A stretch of DNA of 64,000 bases from Octopus vulgaris (lineage: Eukaryota), in the NCBI GenBank assembly GCA_951406725.2, contig OX597815.1:50034001-50098000 (forward strand). Reading direction: 5' to 3'. Numbering within the stretch: position 1 is the stretch's first letter; each line of letters opens with the position of its first letter. Shown here one piece after another: positions 1 to 14,329 of this stretch. The translations under genes and the position numbers were made by a program. The notes under the pieces are model-generated. The model made no database searches and had not been told where the DNA came from. It saw only the letters and a list, made by a program, of their open reading frames with translations.

Positions 1-178
1 CATTTGTATTCCATATGAAATTTTTGTCACCTCAAAACAAGAAGACTGTAATACTATCCAGTCTTTAAATATCTTTGCAATCTAACTGCACCAATTCCAG
101 TTGCAACAGAAAAATAGCTGTGTTAGAGAAATTGTTAAAGAGACAAGGGACTAACTATATTTAGTAATGTGTAATATA

Positions 179-550
179 GGCACAAGCATGGCTGTGTGGT
201 AAGAAGTTTGCTTCCCAACCACATAGTTCTGGGTTCATTCTTACTGCATAATACCTTGAGCAAGTATCTTCTACTATAGCCTCGGGCTATAATAGAAGAC
301 ACTTTAATTGATGGAAACTGAAAGAAGTTCATTGTATATATGTGTCTGTCCTCTACCACCACTTGTCAACCGATGTTGGTATGTTTACATCCCATAACTT
401 ATCAGTTCAGACAATGACTGATAGAATGATTACTAGGCTTAAATTAAAGAAAAATAAATACTGGGGTCGATTTATTCAACTATGATGCTTCGAGGTGGTG
501 CCCCAGCATGGCCACACTCTAATGGCTGAAACAAGTAAAGGTTAAAAGAT
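179..550 (+). mobile_element. tRNA-derived SINE, family A (CORE-like domain, internal microsatellite)
   Basis: Head GCATGGCTGTGTGGTAAGAAG...GGGTTCA (A/B-box-like), ACCTTGAGCAAGT CORE-like motif, tail GCTGAAACAAGTAAA; more than 10 homologous copies in the window. Confidence 0.85.
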
Positions 551-1090
551 AAATGCAACAAACATTTTGATAAATAATAAACAGAAAATTTCCAAGTGAA
601 AGATTTAAACAGATGACCTAAGTTACTTGAATGCTAAGTGGCTTTGCTCTTAAACAAATTTTTTTTTCATCTTTTTATATGAGTTGCCCCTGCATAACAA
701 TAGCTTTCTACTTGGAGTCAAGAAAATACTAACAGAGATATTCTATTTATGCAATTTCCAAAGTATTCAATTAATCAAGACAACAAGTATTTAGCTAATA
801 CTGATTTTTAAAAAAAATACTATATAAGTGCAACAGAAAGTAAAGATCTAACTGTATACGATGAAACAGCCACGGAACATTCGACCATGTTTGTAAGCCT
901 TTCATGAAATTCCTGACAGTGATTCGTTCAATCTTACAGTGTTTGTAGACTCAGATCAGTTGTTACTCACTTAGTCAAAGATAACAATACCAATTACCAA
1001 TAGTCTTTTGTAGCAATACATGAACACTGTTGATTCATTACTTTAACATATGTTTTAAGGCAATAAGATTCTGTGACAAAATGAACTCAC

Positions 1091-1140
1091 AGACAAGAAT
1101 CTTTTTTATATTAGCATTGACCTCTTGTAAACAGGAGAGC
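1091..1140 (-). CDS. coding exon of unassigned minus-strand gene (LSCLQEVNANIKKILV); gene continues beyond window start
   Basis: Acceptor aacaacttgcattcag, donor gtgagt; 50 nt; only one open frame, and it matches the phase-2 end of exon 6280-6426. Confidence 0.7.
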
Positions 1141-3292
1141 CTGAATGCAAGTTGTTAATTGTGAGGATGAGCCATGATGGAATAAACCAAAAGGAAAAGA
1201 GAAAACTAATATGTATCAAAAACTCAATCAAGATTATTTCATCATGCAGTCTTTTTTGTAAGCTCCAAAGAAAAAAGTAAATTAAGCAATATAAAAACAA
1301 CATGAAAAGTACATGGAAATGAGAAAAATATATCGCTATAAAATCAATTCAGCTCTTTTATGTAACACATCATTACAGCATGATATGAAGATAGGAAATT
1401 CTGTGACTGTTATTTTGATTCAACAACAATGCATACAACATTATTCTTGTTTAACAGTATATGGCCTTAACATAATAAAGGATATTGATGTCATTATTAT
1501 TTGGGTATATAGGATACAGATGTCAATAAAGAGATGTGCCTATCACATAACTGCTATTTAAAATGTTTTTATGTAATTTTTGAATTAGTTTTATCTATGT
1601 TTTTATGGTTTTTTATGATTGAGAATTAAACAAGTTTTCAAGTTTAAACAACAACTGCATCATCGTTCGTCTCCCCGAAGAGAGAGTGCTAAGTATTTTA
1701 CCAAATGATTTGTTAATAATGCCTGCAATGTTTATTGAAGAAAAATTGTAAATCAAAATTCAGAATTTGCATTTTTACAGCTTTAAAATGAGAAAGAAAA
1801 GAAAAACTTAGAAAAAATATTTTTATTATCACAATATAGATATTCCAGTGTGCTTTCGATTATAACAAAGCTTTTGTAAATTCCCTAGTTAATCACAGGA
1901 AAAGATTGTAAACTGTTCAGCGTTCAATTAGTTAAATAAAATGCCATAACATTCTCACAAATCTTACTTACTCCATGGCATGACATTCACACAATCTTTT
2001 ACACGGTTACAATAATTTTTAATGAAGACAATCAAATAGCATTTTTTATCAGACAATTGCATAGCACTTTATACCAATTTGATAACAATAACTTGCTGAA
2101 ACATGAAGCTTAAACCTCATTCAAAATGCATTCAAAGAAAACATCTTTTCTTACTATTTATTATTTGTGTTCTATGGACTAAATAGCTACTGCTATTGTT
2201 TTATCAATGCTTATTTTTTCTTATAGTCATATCAAAGTATGTTAAATATGTAAAATAAGAAAAGATTATCATGATTTTGAAGGTATAATAGGGTTAATAA
2301 GTTTTTGTTAAGAAGAAAAGCCTCCCTCAAGGTTAATGGGTAGCAATAGTGAAACATAATTATACTAGTGTTAATAAGCCATGAAACATCTCCAGTAAAA
2401 AGCAACATAAGACAATGAGTAGTTTAAAGTTGTTCAATTATTTTCTTTGTTCAACAGAACAAAGAAAAGACATGCAGAAAGTGATCTTTGTTGATACAAA
2501 GGTTGGTATATTATACATTAATTTTGAGGGGAGGAATGGTAATAAATTCTTCTTGACTCAAAAATGCAATTTGAAACACATATCATACATGGATAAAAAC
2601 ATGTAGTTTTTGTAAAAATAGTAACATTTCAAATTCTTGTAATAAATATAATTTAGAGTCCAAAGCTTTAAATTTTTCTTGATACTAGAACTAACTTTTT
2701 AGATTAATGTTTTTGCTTTTTTCTTGTCCTTTTTAGCTATTCCAGTTGCTAATCTTTCTCTACTAATATCTGTTCATATATAACTTCATTAATTTGCTTT
2801 GAAATCAGATCTCTCAATCTGATGCTCAATCTTACTGTTATATGACTTTTTTCTAAATCTCTTCAATGTTAATTTTCAACAATGTAGAATTGGTAATTGT
2901 CATCACTATTTCTAAGCACTATCAACTACAAAGAGATTATTTCTTATTTTTCAGTAGTTAAGATAATGTATCTTAGAAAATGAATAGTCCAAAATACAAA
3001 TTGAATATAGTGAAACATATATACATAGTTATATATATATATTACTCAAAGGAATTCCAACTCTGTCTGTTTTTTATGTTTTATTTATATTCTTATAATA
3101 TTGATATAGAATATAGAATATATAGTAAGAAAGAAATGAAATGATGTATTGATTGTCTTATTGAACAAATGAAATATTGAAAATTAAATATTAAATGTCT
3201 ATTCTCATTAGTATACTTTCTTGCATTTAAGCATTCATCAAGTTCAGATTGTGACAGGAATGCTTTGATTGTATATATATATATATATATAA

Positions 3293-3363
<71 letters not shown>

Positions 3364-3775
3364 AGGACAAACATATCCATACATACATTTCATTTGTTTT
3401 TAATCTGATTTCCCATGTTAGCATGAGTTAGATGACTATATTATTGAAGTAATGTTACACAAATACACACACTCACCAACATACACATGCATGTAGACAC
3501 ACATGCATATACATTACACACACACATGTATGCTAGGCTTTACTGAGTTTCCCAAAGTGGTTTTGGTCAGCTTGAGGTGGCTATAACAGCAACTATTTGC
3601 CCAGGTGCCATGCAGGACTGATTATGGCTGCAAAATGAATTTCTCAACCACATAGTCATGCATGAAGCTATATATATTAATCTTAGGGAAGTTATTTCCG
3701 AGTCCACAGGGGAGAGAAGTTTAATTTAGTGGTACTAAAATGAATTACTCATTGTATTATATACATATATAGAGA

Positions 3776-5696
3776 TAGGTTTAAGAGACAGAATCACCCT
3801 CAAGCAACTTAATCATCATTGAATGACATTATCCACAATAGGTACATATAGGACTAAATACTAAAATTATCAAAATTAATACCTACAATTCTTATTCCAA
3901 ATTATCAAAATTAATAGCTTCAATTCTTATTTCAAATCATATACTTTACTACACGCATCTCAAGACAATATATTCCTCAATATTGCTGAAATAGAATGTC
4001 TCTAAATACAATACCATATTAAAACGATTATATTGCCAATCTTCAGGTCTAGCATATATGAACTTATTTTGCTATTTACATCCTATATAAAGACATGACA
4101 AACTAAAATTATATAACTAGAAGTTGTTGGAATAATTTTACTTTAATAAATAATGAACAGAAATGTGGAATAAAAGTAGGAAAAAGAAATGTTAGTAAAA
4201 AGAAATGTGGTAGTGATAATGGTGATGATGGTGATGATAATAATAATATTAGCGAAAATCAAAAATGTGATTTACATTTGATCAACATCTAATAAAATTA
4301 AACAAAGGGTGGTTCAGCATTTGTACTCTTTTAAGAACAAAAAATTGATGAACTCGACAGGCTTAAGTGAATATATATGGGAATTAAAAACTAAAGATAT
4401 AAAGTATAAATTAAAATGGGACATAATATGTAAAACGAAATCATATAGAATAGGTAATGAATTCTGTCTTCTGTGCACACACGAATTTATGACAATATTA
4501 AAAGCTAAAATAAGACTAAGCAACACCAAGATGAACGAAAAATTAAATGTAAACATAAACTGATTTGCCTATTTAATAACAATTGATTCTTTAGAAAATA
4601 AATGAAACCCTAATTTTAAATCAAATAAAATTTAATCATAATACTTAGATATAATGTATAATCATATTTTATTATTTAGTATTACTAGAATATATCTACT
4701 TATTTATATATAAATGTAAGATAATATTTAATTAACTTTTAATTTCAGATATTTTAGTTTCTTAATAAAAATTTATAGTATAATATTAGAAGGTATTCTA
4801 AATTTTTAATCTTAACTTAGAAACTCAATTTAAAAAATAACGTCAATTTTAAGAATAATAGTATAATCAATATATATTAATTGTATTATAATTATAAAAA
4901 TAATTAAAAAAATAGATTTTTATTGATTTTTACTAATTTTGACTGACTCTTACTTATTTCAAAATATTTTAAATATTTTAAAATTATAAGTTGAGTAATT
5001 TAGTTTACTTACTTACCAACCTAGAAATTTATTATTTATCAAAGTTGACATATAAATAAAATAAATTAACCAAGAAAAAAAACAGACTATTCCCATCATA
5101 CACTCACTTCTGGCTTCTCCTGATTTATTATTATAAATAATATAAATACCTTTTAAGAACTTTTAAATGTTAATAAGAATTATCTCCCCCCAAAAAGTAC
5201 CTCTCAATGCTGGATTATACGATTGCTGGTAGCTATGTTTAATTCAGGGAGAGAAAATTACCATACAGATAAGTTAACATTTCTTTTTACAAACATTTCT
5301 TTTTCCTACTTTTATTCCACATTTCTGTTCATTATTTACTAAAGTAAAATTATTCCAACAACTTCTAGTTATTTAATGTTAGTTTGTCATGTCTTTATAT
5401 AAGGATGTAAATAGCAAAATAAGTTCATATATGCTAGACCTGAAGATTGGCAATATAATCGTTTTAATATGGTATTGTATTTAGAGACATTCTATTTCAG
5501 CAATATCAAGGAATATGCTGTCATGAAACATGCATAATAAAGTATATGATTTGAAATAAGAATTGCAGCTATTAATTTTGATAATTAGGAATAAGTACTG
5601 TAGGCATTAATTTTGATAATTTTAATATTTAGTCCTATATGTACCTATTGTGGATAATGTCATTCAATGATGACTGAGTTGCTTGTCTCTTAAACC

Positions 5697-5698
<2 letters not shown>
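3776..5698 (+). mobile_element. 5'-truncated Penelope-like element with inverted pseudo-LTRs
   Basis: About 425-bp inverted repeats (3776-4208 and 5277-5698), both ending TAGGTTTAAGAGAC next to TA-rich flanks, enclosing a GIY-YIG C-terminal fragment. Confidence 0.8.
4290..4563 (+). pseudogene. PLE GIY-YIG endonuclease C-terminal fragment
   Basis: QHLYSFKNKKLMNSTGLSEYIWELK..YKLKWDII..CLLC..E matches the H..SF....N.T.LS.YIW.LK...W.I...C.LC..E pattern I recognise from invertebrate PLE endonucleases. Confidence 0.75.
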
Positions 5699-5699
<1 letters not shown>

Positions 5700-5741
<42 letters not shown>

Positions 5742-5915
5742 CTCACACATACATATACACACATATATATATACACACATGTACACACACACAAATACAA
5801 GCATACATACATACATACATACATACATACATACATACATACATACATACATACATACATACATACATACATACATACATACATACATACATACATACAT
5901 ACATACATACATACA
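5700..5915. repeat. compound (TA)n/(CA)n/(TACA)n microsatellite
   Basis: Read directly; about 27 TACA units. Confidence 0.95.
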
Positions 5916-6279
5916 TGAGTGACTTCTACAAAATTTCTAGTGACTAAGTCTGTTTCACTAGCAAGGTATCAGTGAACCCATATGTAAAAGATAGGAAAAT
6001 ATCTTTCCATATTTTGATGAGAAAAGATATATTATATCTTGGAATATAATATAAAGCTATCATGTAGTGTAAAATGTTTTCACCATACCATAAAAATTCC
6101 TATGGCAGTTAACTTTGAAAGGCAATATTAATCTGTTTACATAAATTTCAACTTGCTTACATTATTATTATTATCATTTATGTGTCTTTACTGTGTATCT
6201 TTGCCTATCTCATTGTCTGTCTTGTTCCTATCTCACTTCTATCTTTTTTTGTTGTTAGCAAGTTTCTACAATGACTTAC

Positions 6280-6426
6280 AAACTGTCATTGAGACGGAAT
6301 CCTACTGTTAAAATTGGGAAAGCAGCCACCACTCTCTTGAAAGTCTTATTAAGCTGACCTGGAATAATTCCAAACTGACTATCAAGACAACACTTTTGTT
6401 CACTAAAGTCTTCATCCTCAAACATC
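6280..6426 (-). CDS. coding exon of unassigned minus-strand gene (MFEDEDFSEQKCCLDSQFGIIPGQLNKTFKRVVAAFPILTVGFRLNDS)
   Basis: Acceptor ctcactttcattccacag, donor gtaagt; 147 nt, phase 2/2; complex non-repetitive translation. Confidence 0.85.
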
Positions 6427-6548
6427 CTGTGGAATGAAAGTGAGATATGGACCTCAAAAAAAAAAATGGTAATACAATAAATAAATAAAACAAAAATAAA
6501 ACAATGCTTAAAAACAAAGTAAAACAAATAGAGAAAGCAGTAAATGGA

Positions 6549-6587
<39 letters not shown>

Positions 6588-6795
6588 GATAAATAAATAA
6601 ATAAAAGTTTTCATTTCAGTTGTTTGAGCAATATTGTAAGACTCACTGGAAAGATAACATTAACAACACCCAGTGTTATTACTGGGTGAAGCATACCAGG
6701 CATAACAACAAAAAATCAGTTCATGTGATGCAAAGTCATTGAAACAGCATTAACAGCCAGCCTTACAGTCACTGCAATAGGAGTTCAATTCCAGA

Positions 6796-7192
6796 AGGAG
6801 TGGCTGTGTTGTAAGTAGCTTGCTTACCAACCACATGGTTCCGGGTTCAGTCCCACTGCATGGCACCTTGAGCAAGTGTCTTCTACTATAGCCTTGGGCT
6901 GACTAAAGCCTTGTGAGTGGATTTGGTAGATGGAAACTGAAAGAAACCCATCGTATATATGTATATGTATATAGATATATATGTGTGTGTTTGTGTATCT
7001 GTGTTTGTCCCTCCAACATCGCTTGACAACCGATGCTGATGTGTTTACATCCCTGTAACTTAACAGTTCGGCAAAAGAGATCGATAGAATAAGTACTAGG
7101 CTTACAAAGAATAATTCCTGGGGTCAATTTGCTCGACTAAAGATGGTGCTCCAGCATGGCTGCAGTCAAATGACTGAAACAAGTAAAAGAGT
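6796..7192 (+). mobile_element. SINE family A, full length
   Basis: GGAGTGGCTGTGTTGTAAG...GGGTTCAGTCCC...TGACTGAAACAAGTAAAAGA. Confidence 0.9.
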
Positions 7193-7474
7193 ATATGAAG
7201 AGAAAATGGGTACAGTTTACAGCATTTGAGATGACACTTCAGAGTCAGAGGTATGAAAACAAAAACATATTGGATTAAAAGCACATTGAGATGATAGGCA
7301 CGTTAATCTTTTTCATAAAAAAAGAAATGTGTTGGGAGAAGTCTTCAGAGTAATAGGCTGCAAAAACGAGAGTATGCTTACATTATGATGAAGATTACTG
7401 AGTAAAATGTTTGAGTTATATATATGTGTGTGTGTGCATGTGTGTGTGTATGTATATTTATATATGTGTGTGTG

Positions 7475-7507
<33 letters not shown>

Positions 7508-7689
7508 ATATATATATGTGTGTGTGTGTATGTAAATACATATATATATATGTATGTACATAATGCATACACATACACACATGTATATATGTATATGCAC
7601 ACTTAGGTTTATGTATATATACACTTTGGTCTAGAAATCAGTTTAACAAAAACAAGTTTTCCATCTACTGGCATCACAGTAAGAATATA

Positions 7690-8370
7690 ACCCCTTCACC
7701 TTGGGGTACATAACTAAAGAGATCAACCAGTTCCCCTACCTAGGATGCTCAATCTCAACAGATGCCAAAACTGATAAGAAAGTTGATAACAGAGTGGTCA
7801 AAGCAAACAGTGCATTCAGCAGTCTGTACAAAAGGGTCTGGAACATAACCATGTGAAGAAAGAAACTAAGACCATTTTATATAGAACTATCATGTTGGCC
7901 ATCCTCTTATACACCTCAAAGTCATAGGTCATCTATCATATCCTTCAATGACTCCTTGAGTGATTCCATCAGCAATGTCTTTGCATCATCCTCAGCATCC
8001 GCTGGAGTGACTTTGTCACTATTATCAAGGTCCCAGAATAGACAAAGGTCACCAGCATTCAAGCAACTCTGTTGAAGACACAGCTACACTGGAAAGGACA
8101 TATGGTTGATAATCAACTTCTCAGGATCACAATGTTTGGAGAACTTACCTCTGGTCACTGTGATAAATGAGCACCAAAGGAGAGTTACAAGGACTCCCTA
8201 AAGGAATCCTCCAGTGCTTAATAAAGTGATCCCTGCCAGTGGTCTGTTTCAGCCGCTAACTGTGAAACCTGGCATCTCATTGTCCACCAGGCAACTGTCT
8301 CCTTAGAAGACACTTGCTGGACTAACCATCCTTGCAGAAAAGAGAAAAAGGAGGGAATACAAGGTCACTA
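7690..8370 (+). mobile_element. decayed RTE-clade LINE, region C-terminal to the RT core
   Basis: FPYLGCSIS.DAK.D..V.NR..KANSAF..L.KRVW and FHQQCL.IILSIRWSDFVT with stops and frameshifts. Confidence 0.8.
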
Positions 8371-10496
8371 CAATCAGCCTGGATCAACCTACCTTCCCAC
8401 ACAAGAATTTGATTTGCTATTGCAAAGAATTAATGAGATATGCTAGCTGCTTTCACACTTTAGCTCCTCAAGTAAGAATTTAAAATTGGAATTTGCTTGC
8501 CTTTGTCCTTTTCATTTCTCACCTGAAGGCAGGTATACAAATTTAGTAGTTTGTACTTTTGAAAGCATTTATCATTGTTGCTAACATAAATGATTGTACA
8601 GTACTGAGGTTTTCAAATCCATACAAATGTTGCCAATAACTTGCACTAAAATAAAGTGACTTTTCCTCAATACTCTGCTGCTCAATATCTCATAAATAAT
8701 TTCATCTGTTTAATAAGGAACATCGTCACCAACAAATTCATCATCATCATCATCGTTTTACTTCTATGTTTTTATGCTGGCATGGATTGGATAAGTTTTC
8801 TAAAGCAGCATTTTATAAGAGGGTTGACAAAAAGTAGGCCAGATGTTGTTCTTCTTGCCAGCCCTTTTAGTTGCCTCATATGATATATTCAAGTATGTGG
8901 GGTGGCTATTAAAAATATAGATAAACTTAGTATGAACAGTATGAACAAAATATGACAATTAAAATGCAACAGTAATCTGTTTTAAGACATGTTTTCATAG
9001 AAAATCTTGCCAAACTTATGCAAAAAGGTGTATATACAATATTGCTCTCCATATGTTATATTACACATAAGTGGTATATTTTCTGGATCAGTTTTGTTTG
9101 TGTGATCCAGAAGAAAGGCTATTAAGCTATCTGGCACTAGCTTGAATGCAAATCATCTAGTTATTGGCCTTTGCCCGAAGACATAAAGTAATGCCTGTTA
9201 CAGAATATAGACTTGGTACTTATTCATGAGTCAGACATCTGGAACTTTATCTTCTCAGCCACTGTATACCACAATATATGTGTGTATGTATGTGTATATG
9301 TATGTATGAATATATATATTTGTATTTGTATGTATGCGTGTGCACGTCAACTATGATAAAGGCATAGGAACAGAACCACAAATACTCATATAATCAGATA
9401 CATTGTTTTTAACTATTGCATATTGTAATCTATATGTTCAATGAGAGAGAGACATATATTTATGGGTAGTAGAGAAAGAGAAAGAAGAAGCAAGAGGCAG
9501 AATGATAGAGTTGAGGGTGGGAGACAGAATGGGAAGACAAATCAATGTATATACAGACATCCATCCATCATTCCGCAAGAATACTGATAATTCCAATGAT
9601 ACTTGTTAAGTTGCATGAAACAATAAATAAAAAGCCGTTTTCTGTACAGCTGAACACAGATGAAGCTATGTGCAGAGCAGTTTTCCCTATTTTAATGTGT
9701 CTAACAATAATGATAACAACTACAACTACAACACCATTATCAACAACAACAACAACATTGAGAAAAGTATATGCTTGGTTGTATATGTCAGCACGTAAGG
9801 TGCAAGAAGCATTAGTGTCCTTTAGTTAAAAACTGTTTTTCGTGGGCTATTTTTGGATGACTTCCATCTGGCGAAGAAAGCAAATCTTCTTCACGACTCA
9901 ATGTTTGTCAGGAAGTGTATTCGCAGTTACATTTGTATTCCCACTGGTACAATAAATGACACAGTTTCTGGTCAGGAAACCTTTCTATTCACTTTGGCAG
10001 AGAAGAAAACCACTCATAAAAATAATGACAACAACCGTAACAACAACTATAATAATGATAATAATAATAACAACAACTATAATAATAACTACTATTATTA
10101 TCATAAAATAACTTAATAATAGTAAATAATAACATTTAAGGAAAAGGGGAAGGTGAAGATATCACAAACAACAACAACAATAATAATAAGAATAAGAATA
10201 ATAATGATAATGCAAGGACAGTTAATAATAAGATTAGGAAGAAAAAATATAAGTAAATAAGATGAAAAATAAATCATTCAAGTGGTAAGCAATCTTTTAT
10301 TGATTCCTATGTTTGTATGTGCTGCACATTCAATCAAATTCCTTTGTGTAAGCAACAATAGTATAAACAAGTGTTTATAGTGTATTGATTGGACTTAAGA
10401 AAAGTACAAATTTCAAAACATATGATACAGTGGGAAACAACAGAAAATATGGATGTTACCATTTGGTCCATGGAACAAGTTCAAATCTGTATGTTT

Positions 10497-10550
<54 letters not shown>

Positions 10551-10569
10551 GATGATGATGATGATGGTG

Positions 10570-10732
10570 ATGTTTTCAAATTTTGGTACAAGTCCAGCAA
10601 GTTAGAGAGATGGTGTAAGTCAATTATATCAACCCCAGTGTTCAACTGGTACCTATTTTATTGACCCCAAAAGATAAAAGGAAAAGTCAACCTTGGTTGA
10701 ATTTGAACTCAAAACATAAAGTCAGACGAAAT
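10570..10732 (-). mobile_element. SINE family B next to (TAA)n/(GAT)n tract
   Basis: Homologous to the TTTGCCTTTCATCCTTTCGGGGTCGATAAAT core seen at 33885-33920. Confidence 0.75.
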
Positions 10733-11230
10733 TAAAAATGATAATAATAAATTTTCTTTCTAATTTTGGTCTAAGGGCTGTTGTTTTCAGGACAAGGGTT
10801 AAATGATATTATAGACCAGTAGACCAGTACTTTATTTTATCAACTCAGGGGGAAGAAAAACAAAGTTGGCATTCGAAGTCAGGAGATAAAGTGCCAAAAG
10901 AGATGTTGCATTTAGTCTGACCTGCTACAAGGGTTGATAAAAGAATTGAAGACAGTGCAGATTAACACCTGTACTGGGATTATATTTCTAAAAAATACAC
11001 ATTGTGTGAAGAAAGGAAATAAAAACATTGTAAACAAAATTGAAACAAAAAAGTACCTCAAAAGTGAGGTTATTAAGGGTTACTTATGGAAACCTCATAA
11101 CAACGACAGTCACTCTGACCACTGGACCAAATTCCTTCTCCCAGCAATCCTTCTTCAATTTATAGGTGCATATGCAGAACAAAATCGTTCACTAACTATT
11201 CTCATCTATCTTTCAACATATCTGCAATGA

Positions 11231-11314
11231 AGGTAAAGAATATGCACACCACCTGTTTTTGGCGTTTCGGGTTAGGCTTACACTGAAAATGGGTGGTGTG
11301 CATATTCTTTACCT
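11231..11314. repeat. 84-bp palindromic mini-element or hairpin
   Basis: Perfect 23-bp arms AGGTAAAGAATATGCACACCACC / GGTGGTGTGCATATTCTTTACCT, plus 12 bp of inner imperfect pairing. Confidence 0.85.
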
Positions 11315-12649
11315 CCGCCTATATTTACTTGGCAGCAACATGTTCTTATCTATTCTCTTTTTTTTTTTTTAAAGTGAAACTCACGTAAGACTAAAAAATA
11401 CTAATGAGAGCTTGACTAAAAGAGAAAGGAAAGGGTCAGTCTGTTTGCAGCCCTCTCGGTCATACAATCTCTTCTGCCAAAGCCATCATACAGCTAACGA
11501 GAAAAACTGCCCAGCCTTCCCAGTCAAAGAAAACAGCCAGATGCTCTCCCAATGGATTACTTGAGAGCAGCCCTCTGACATATCACCATAAGTCAGCAAT
11601 GTCCAGGCACTAGAGAAGTGTAACAAACTGATTTCTTTGCCCTACACACATCTTGGACAGGCCTGGCTGTAGATTTTATTTTAAACCAGCAATGCACTAC
11701 AATAGCACAGCCAGAGTAAGGTTTTCTGGAAATTATCCATAAACCCCAACCCAAAAGTTCTTCATAACAGACCAGCCAGTTGATTTTCATCGACTCCCAG
11801 ACCTTCTCTGAGATTACTGTTACTTTTGCTAATCACTGATCCTCTATAGAAAAACTATATGGAACTTTCATCTATTGCATTGTCTGACAGGCTGGTAGTA
11901 TTTGACGTCATCATTCAAGATACCAAATATCCTGTCTTGGTTTTTGCTTGACATTGCTCTGTAACTCTATCAAAGAGATGAGTTGTGGAAAGAGAGTCTA
12001 ACAGTGAACACATTTGTCCAGTCAAGGAATTGCTGTGGATGTCACAGCATCAGCTCATGTCTGCACATCATTAACCACTAGATGCCAATTTTTATGATTA
12101 CCATTTTTTATTTCTAAATTTCATTTTTGCTTTATTCAAAAATCATCAATCTTTTTCTTTTGAGTGGCTATATCCAATGATAAATCCATTTCTGTTAATA
12201 CCTTTTATAGCTCTTTTAATAAAAGAAGTCATATTGAATAGACCGTAAACAGGAAAACAAAATGTTAATACACAACATAATAATAATATCTATGAAACCG
12301 ATCTTATGTTCATTCCATGTATTGGAATAGACGTCCAAATGTTTTGAAGCTCTTGGTTTGCAAAATAACCCAAAAATGAAAAATTTTACCCATTAGAATT
12401 TGACAACCATCATATTTTTTTGGAACGTAGGCATGACAAAGTTATATAAAAACAAATATATTGTGTAATAAACTTATTCAAATATTGATATAACTTACAG
12501 GACGTTTTTACAATAATGGTATTAAAATTTTGACTAGGTTAAAAACAGAATAAGTATAAAATTACATAAAACAATGATTAAAAGAAGATATAATTTAAAT
12601 AATGTGAAACGCAGTTTGAACCAACTACACATTGGTGATAAACCACAAT

Positions 12650-13870
12650 CTAGATTAAATCGGAGCTCCCAATAACTCTAATCCTCTTCTGCTACCTTCT
12701 ATTTTTCTCTCCTTTGGCCCACTTCCTTGTGAGTTTTAAAAATGTCCACGTGGGCAGAGACAGAAAAGATTCATGACCAGAAGACAGATGTTGTAAAGCT
12801 CTACATGGCTTCATTATTTAGTTTCAATTAATAACATGTCTTTCATAGAGGATGAGACAATCTTTCAAAGTTTTCACAGTTATGCCCGTTAGGGTCTTAC
12901 ATAAAGCAGTTTCTGTGGCCTGCTACTGCTTTTACTATCTTTCGTCTTTCTTTGCTATAGTTCTTATAAGCAGAATGTTCTTACTTTTACCACGTGCAAC
13001 AGTTGTACTTTCTACTCAGAAAAATCAGTCGTAAAATCTTTTCCTTGGCATCCATGCAGGGCACAACTCCGAGGTAATCTTCTTGAGTCATAATGGCACA
13101 TATATTCATAGATACCCCACCCAACCATATATCACCAAAAGTCCTCTGTGTTGAACATCCACCCCTTTGTCTTCCTTCAGTTTGAAAAGAACTTTTCTCT
13201 CTGGGTAGAAATGTGATGTACAAACACTGCTCATGTGTTTGCTCTATCTCTAGTTTTAAAAGTAATATATAACATAGCATAGGCCCTCTCTCTCTCTTTC
13301 ACTCTCTTACCCAGAGTAGATGTGATTCCACACACCACTGAAGGCATCCTTCAGCCATTCTTTGAAGAGCACAAAGAAAGCTCCTATAGTTTTGATAGTG
13401 GATAAATAGTCTAACTTCACTTTTTCCTCACCTCAGTGACAGCTTTGTGTAGACAGGCGCTTACTGTTGTACCAAGAGTCTGCTATGCAATCTCAATTTT
13501 CCTTTTACCAAAATGTTCCATAGCCAAAGTTTGTCTGTTGCATGTTATATTTGCAAAACACAAAATTGGTCCTCCACTCAAATTCCTATCATTAAAAAAA
13601 ATGCAGTTACTTTCGTTTGGCAAAGCTTGGATGTGTGTATGTGAGTGTTGTTTTCATTATTGCAGTTTTGCCAAAGTATCAATAGGACTGCTCTCAACAG
13701 TATTATTTTCCTCAGAAATGTCAATATTTCTCTTTGTAAAGTGCATATATTTTGCTGCAAAATGTTCCTGTTAGTTTTCTTCGTGTGTGGGTGTTTAAAA
13801 TCTGTGCAAACACATTCACTTTTAATATGTTTGACGGTAGGCATTCCATGTCATCTTTGTAATACATGCT
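12650..13870 (-). mobile_element. probable heavily decayed transposon coding relic, family not identified
   Basis: Complex, coding-like composition with interrupted frames and no phase-compatible splice sites. Confidence 0.3.
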
Positions 13871-14329
13871 TGTAAAAGAATAAAAAAAAATAGAATTTGC
13901 CTAATGAGAGATCTATTTTAACATCATCTGGACATCGTATGTTCAGACTTCCAAATTTTTAAATGTTCCCTTGAGAAAAACAATCCATAACTTTATGTAT
14001 TTTCATACAGTTTAAGCATTTTAGAATACATGAAGAAATAATAACAGGAACAGGTCAATTGTCGATAATAATAATGAGGATGATAATTTCAAATTTTAGA
14101 ACAAGGCCAGCAATTTCAGGACAGCAGGTAAAGTCGATTGCATCGACCTCAGTACGTGACTGGTACTTTTTATATCCTTGTATGTTGGATATATAATATA
14201 ACGAAGCAGGGGGGTAAAGAAAGTATTTACACAATGCACTACTATTAATATTACACAAGATTCACTGCTCTATATCAATGGCTACAGTGAATTCCTTACC
14301 AATACATGAAGAAATAATTTTAACAGGAA

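Noticed and set aside
6010-6050. TGATGA...AAGATATA/TATATCTT...GGAA hammerhead look-alike
   Set aside because: Both cores deviate, and the AT-rich stem is expected by chance
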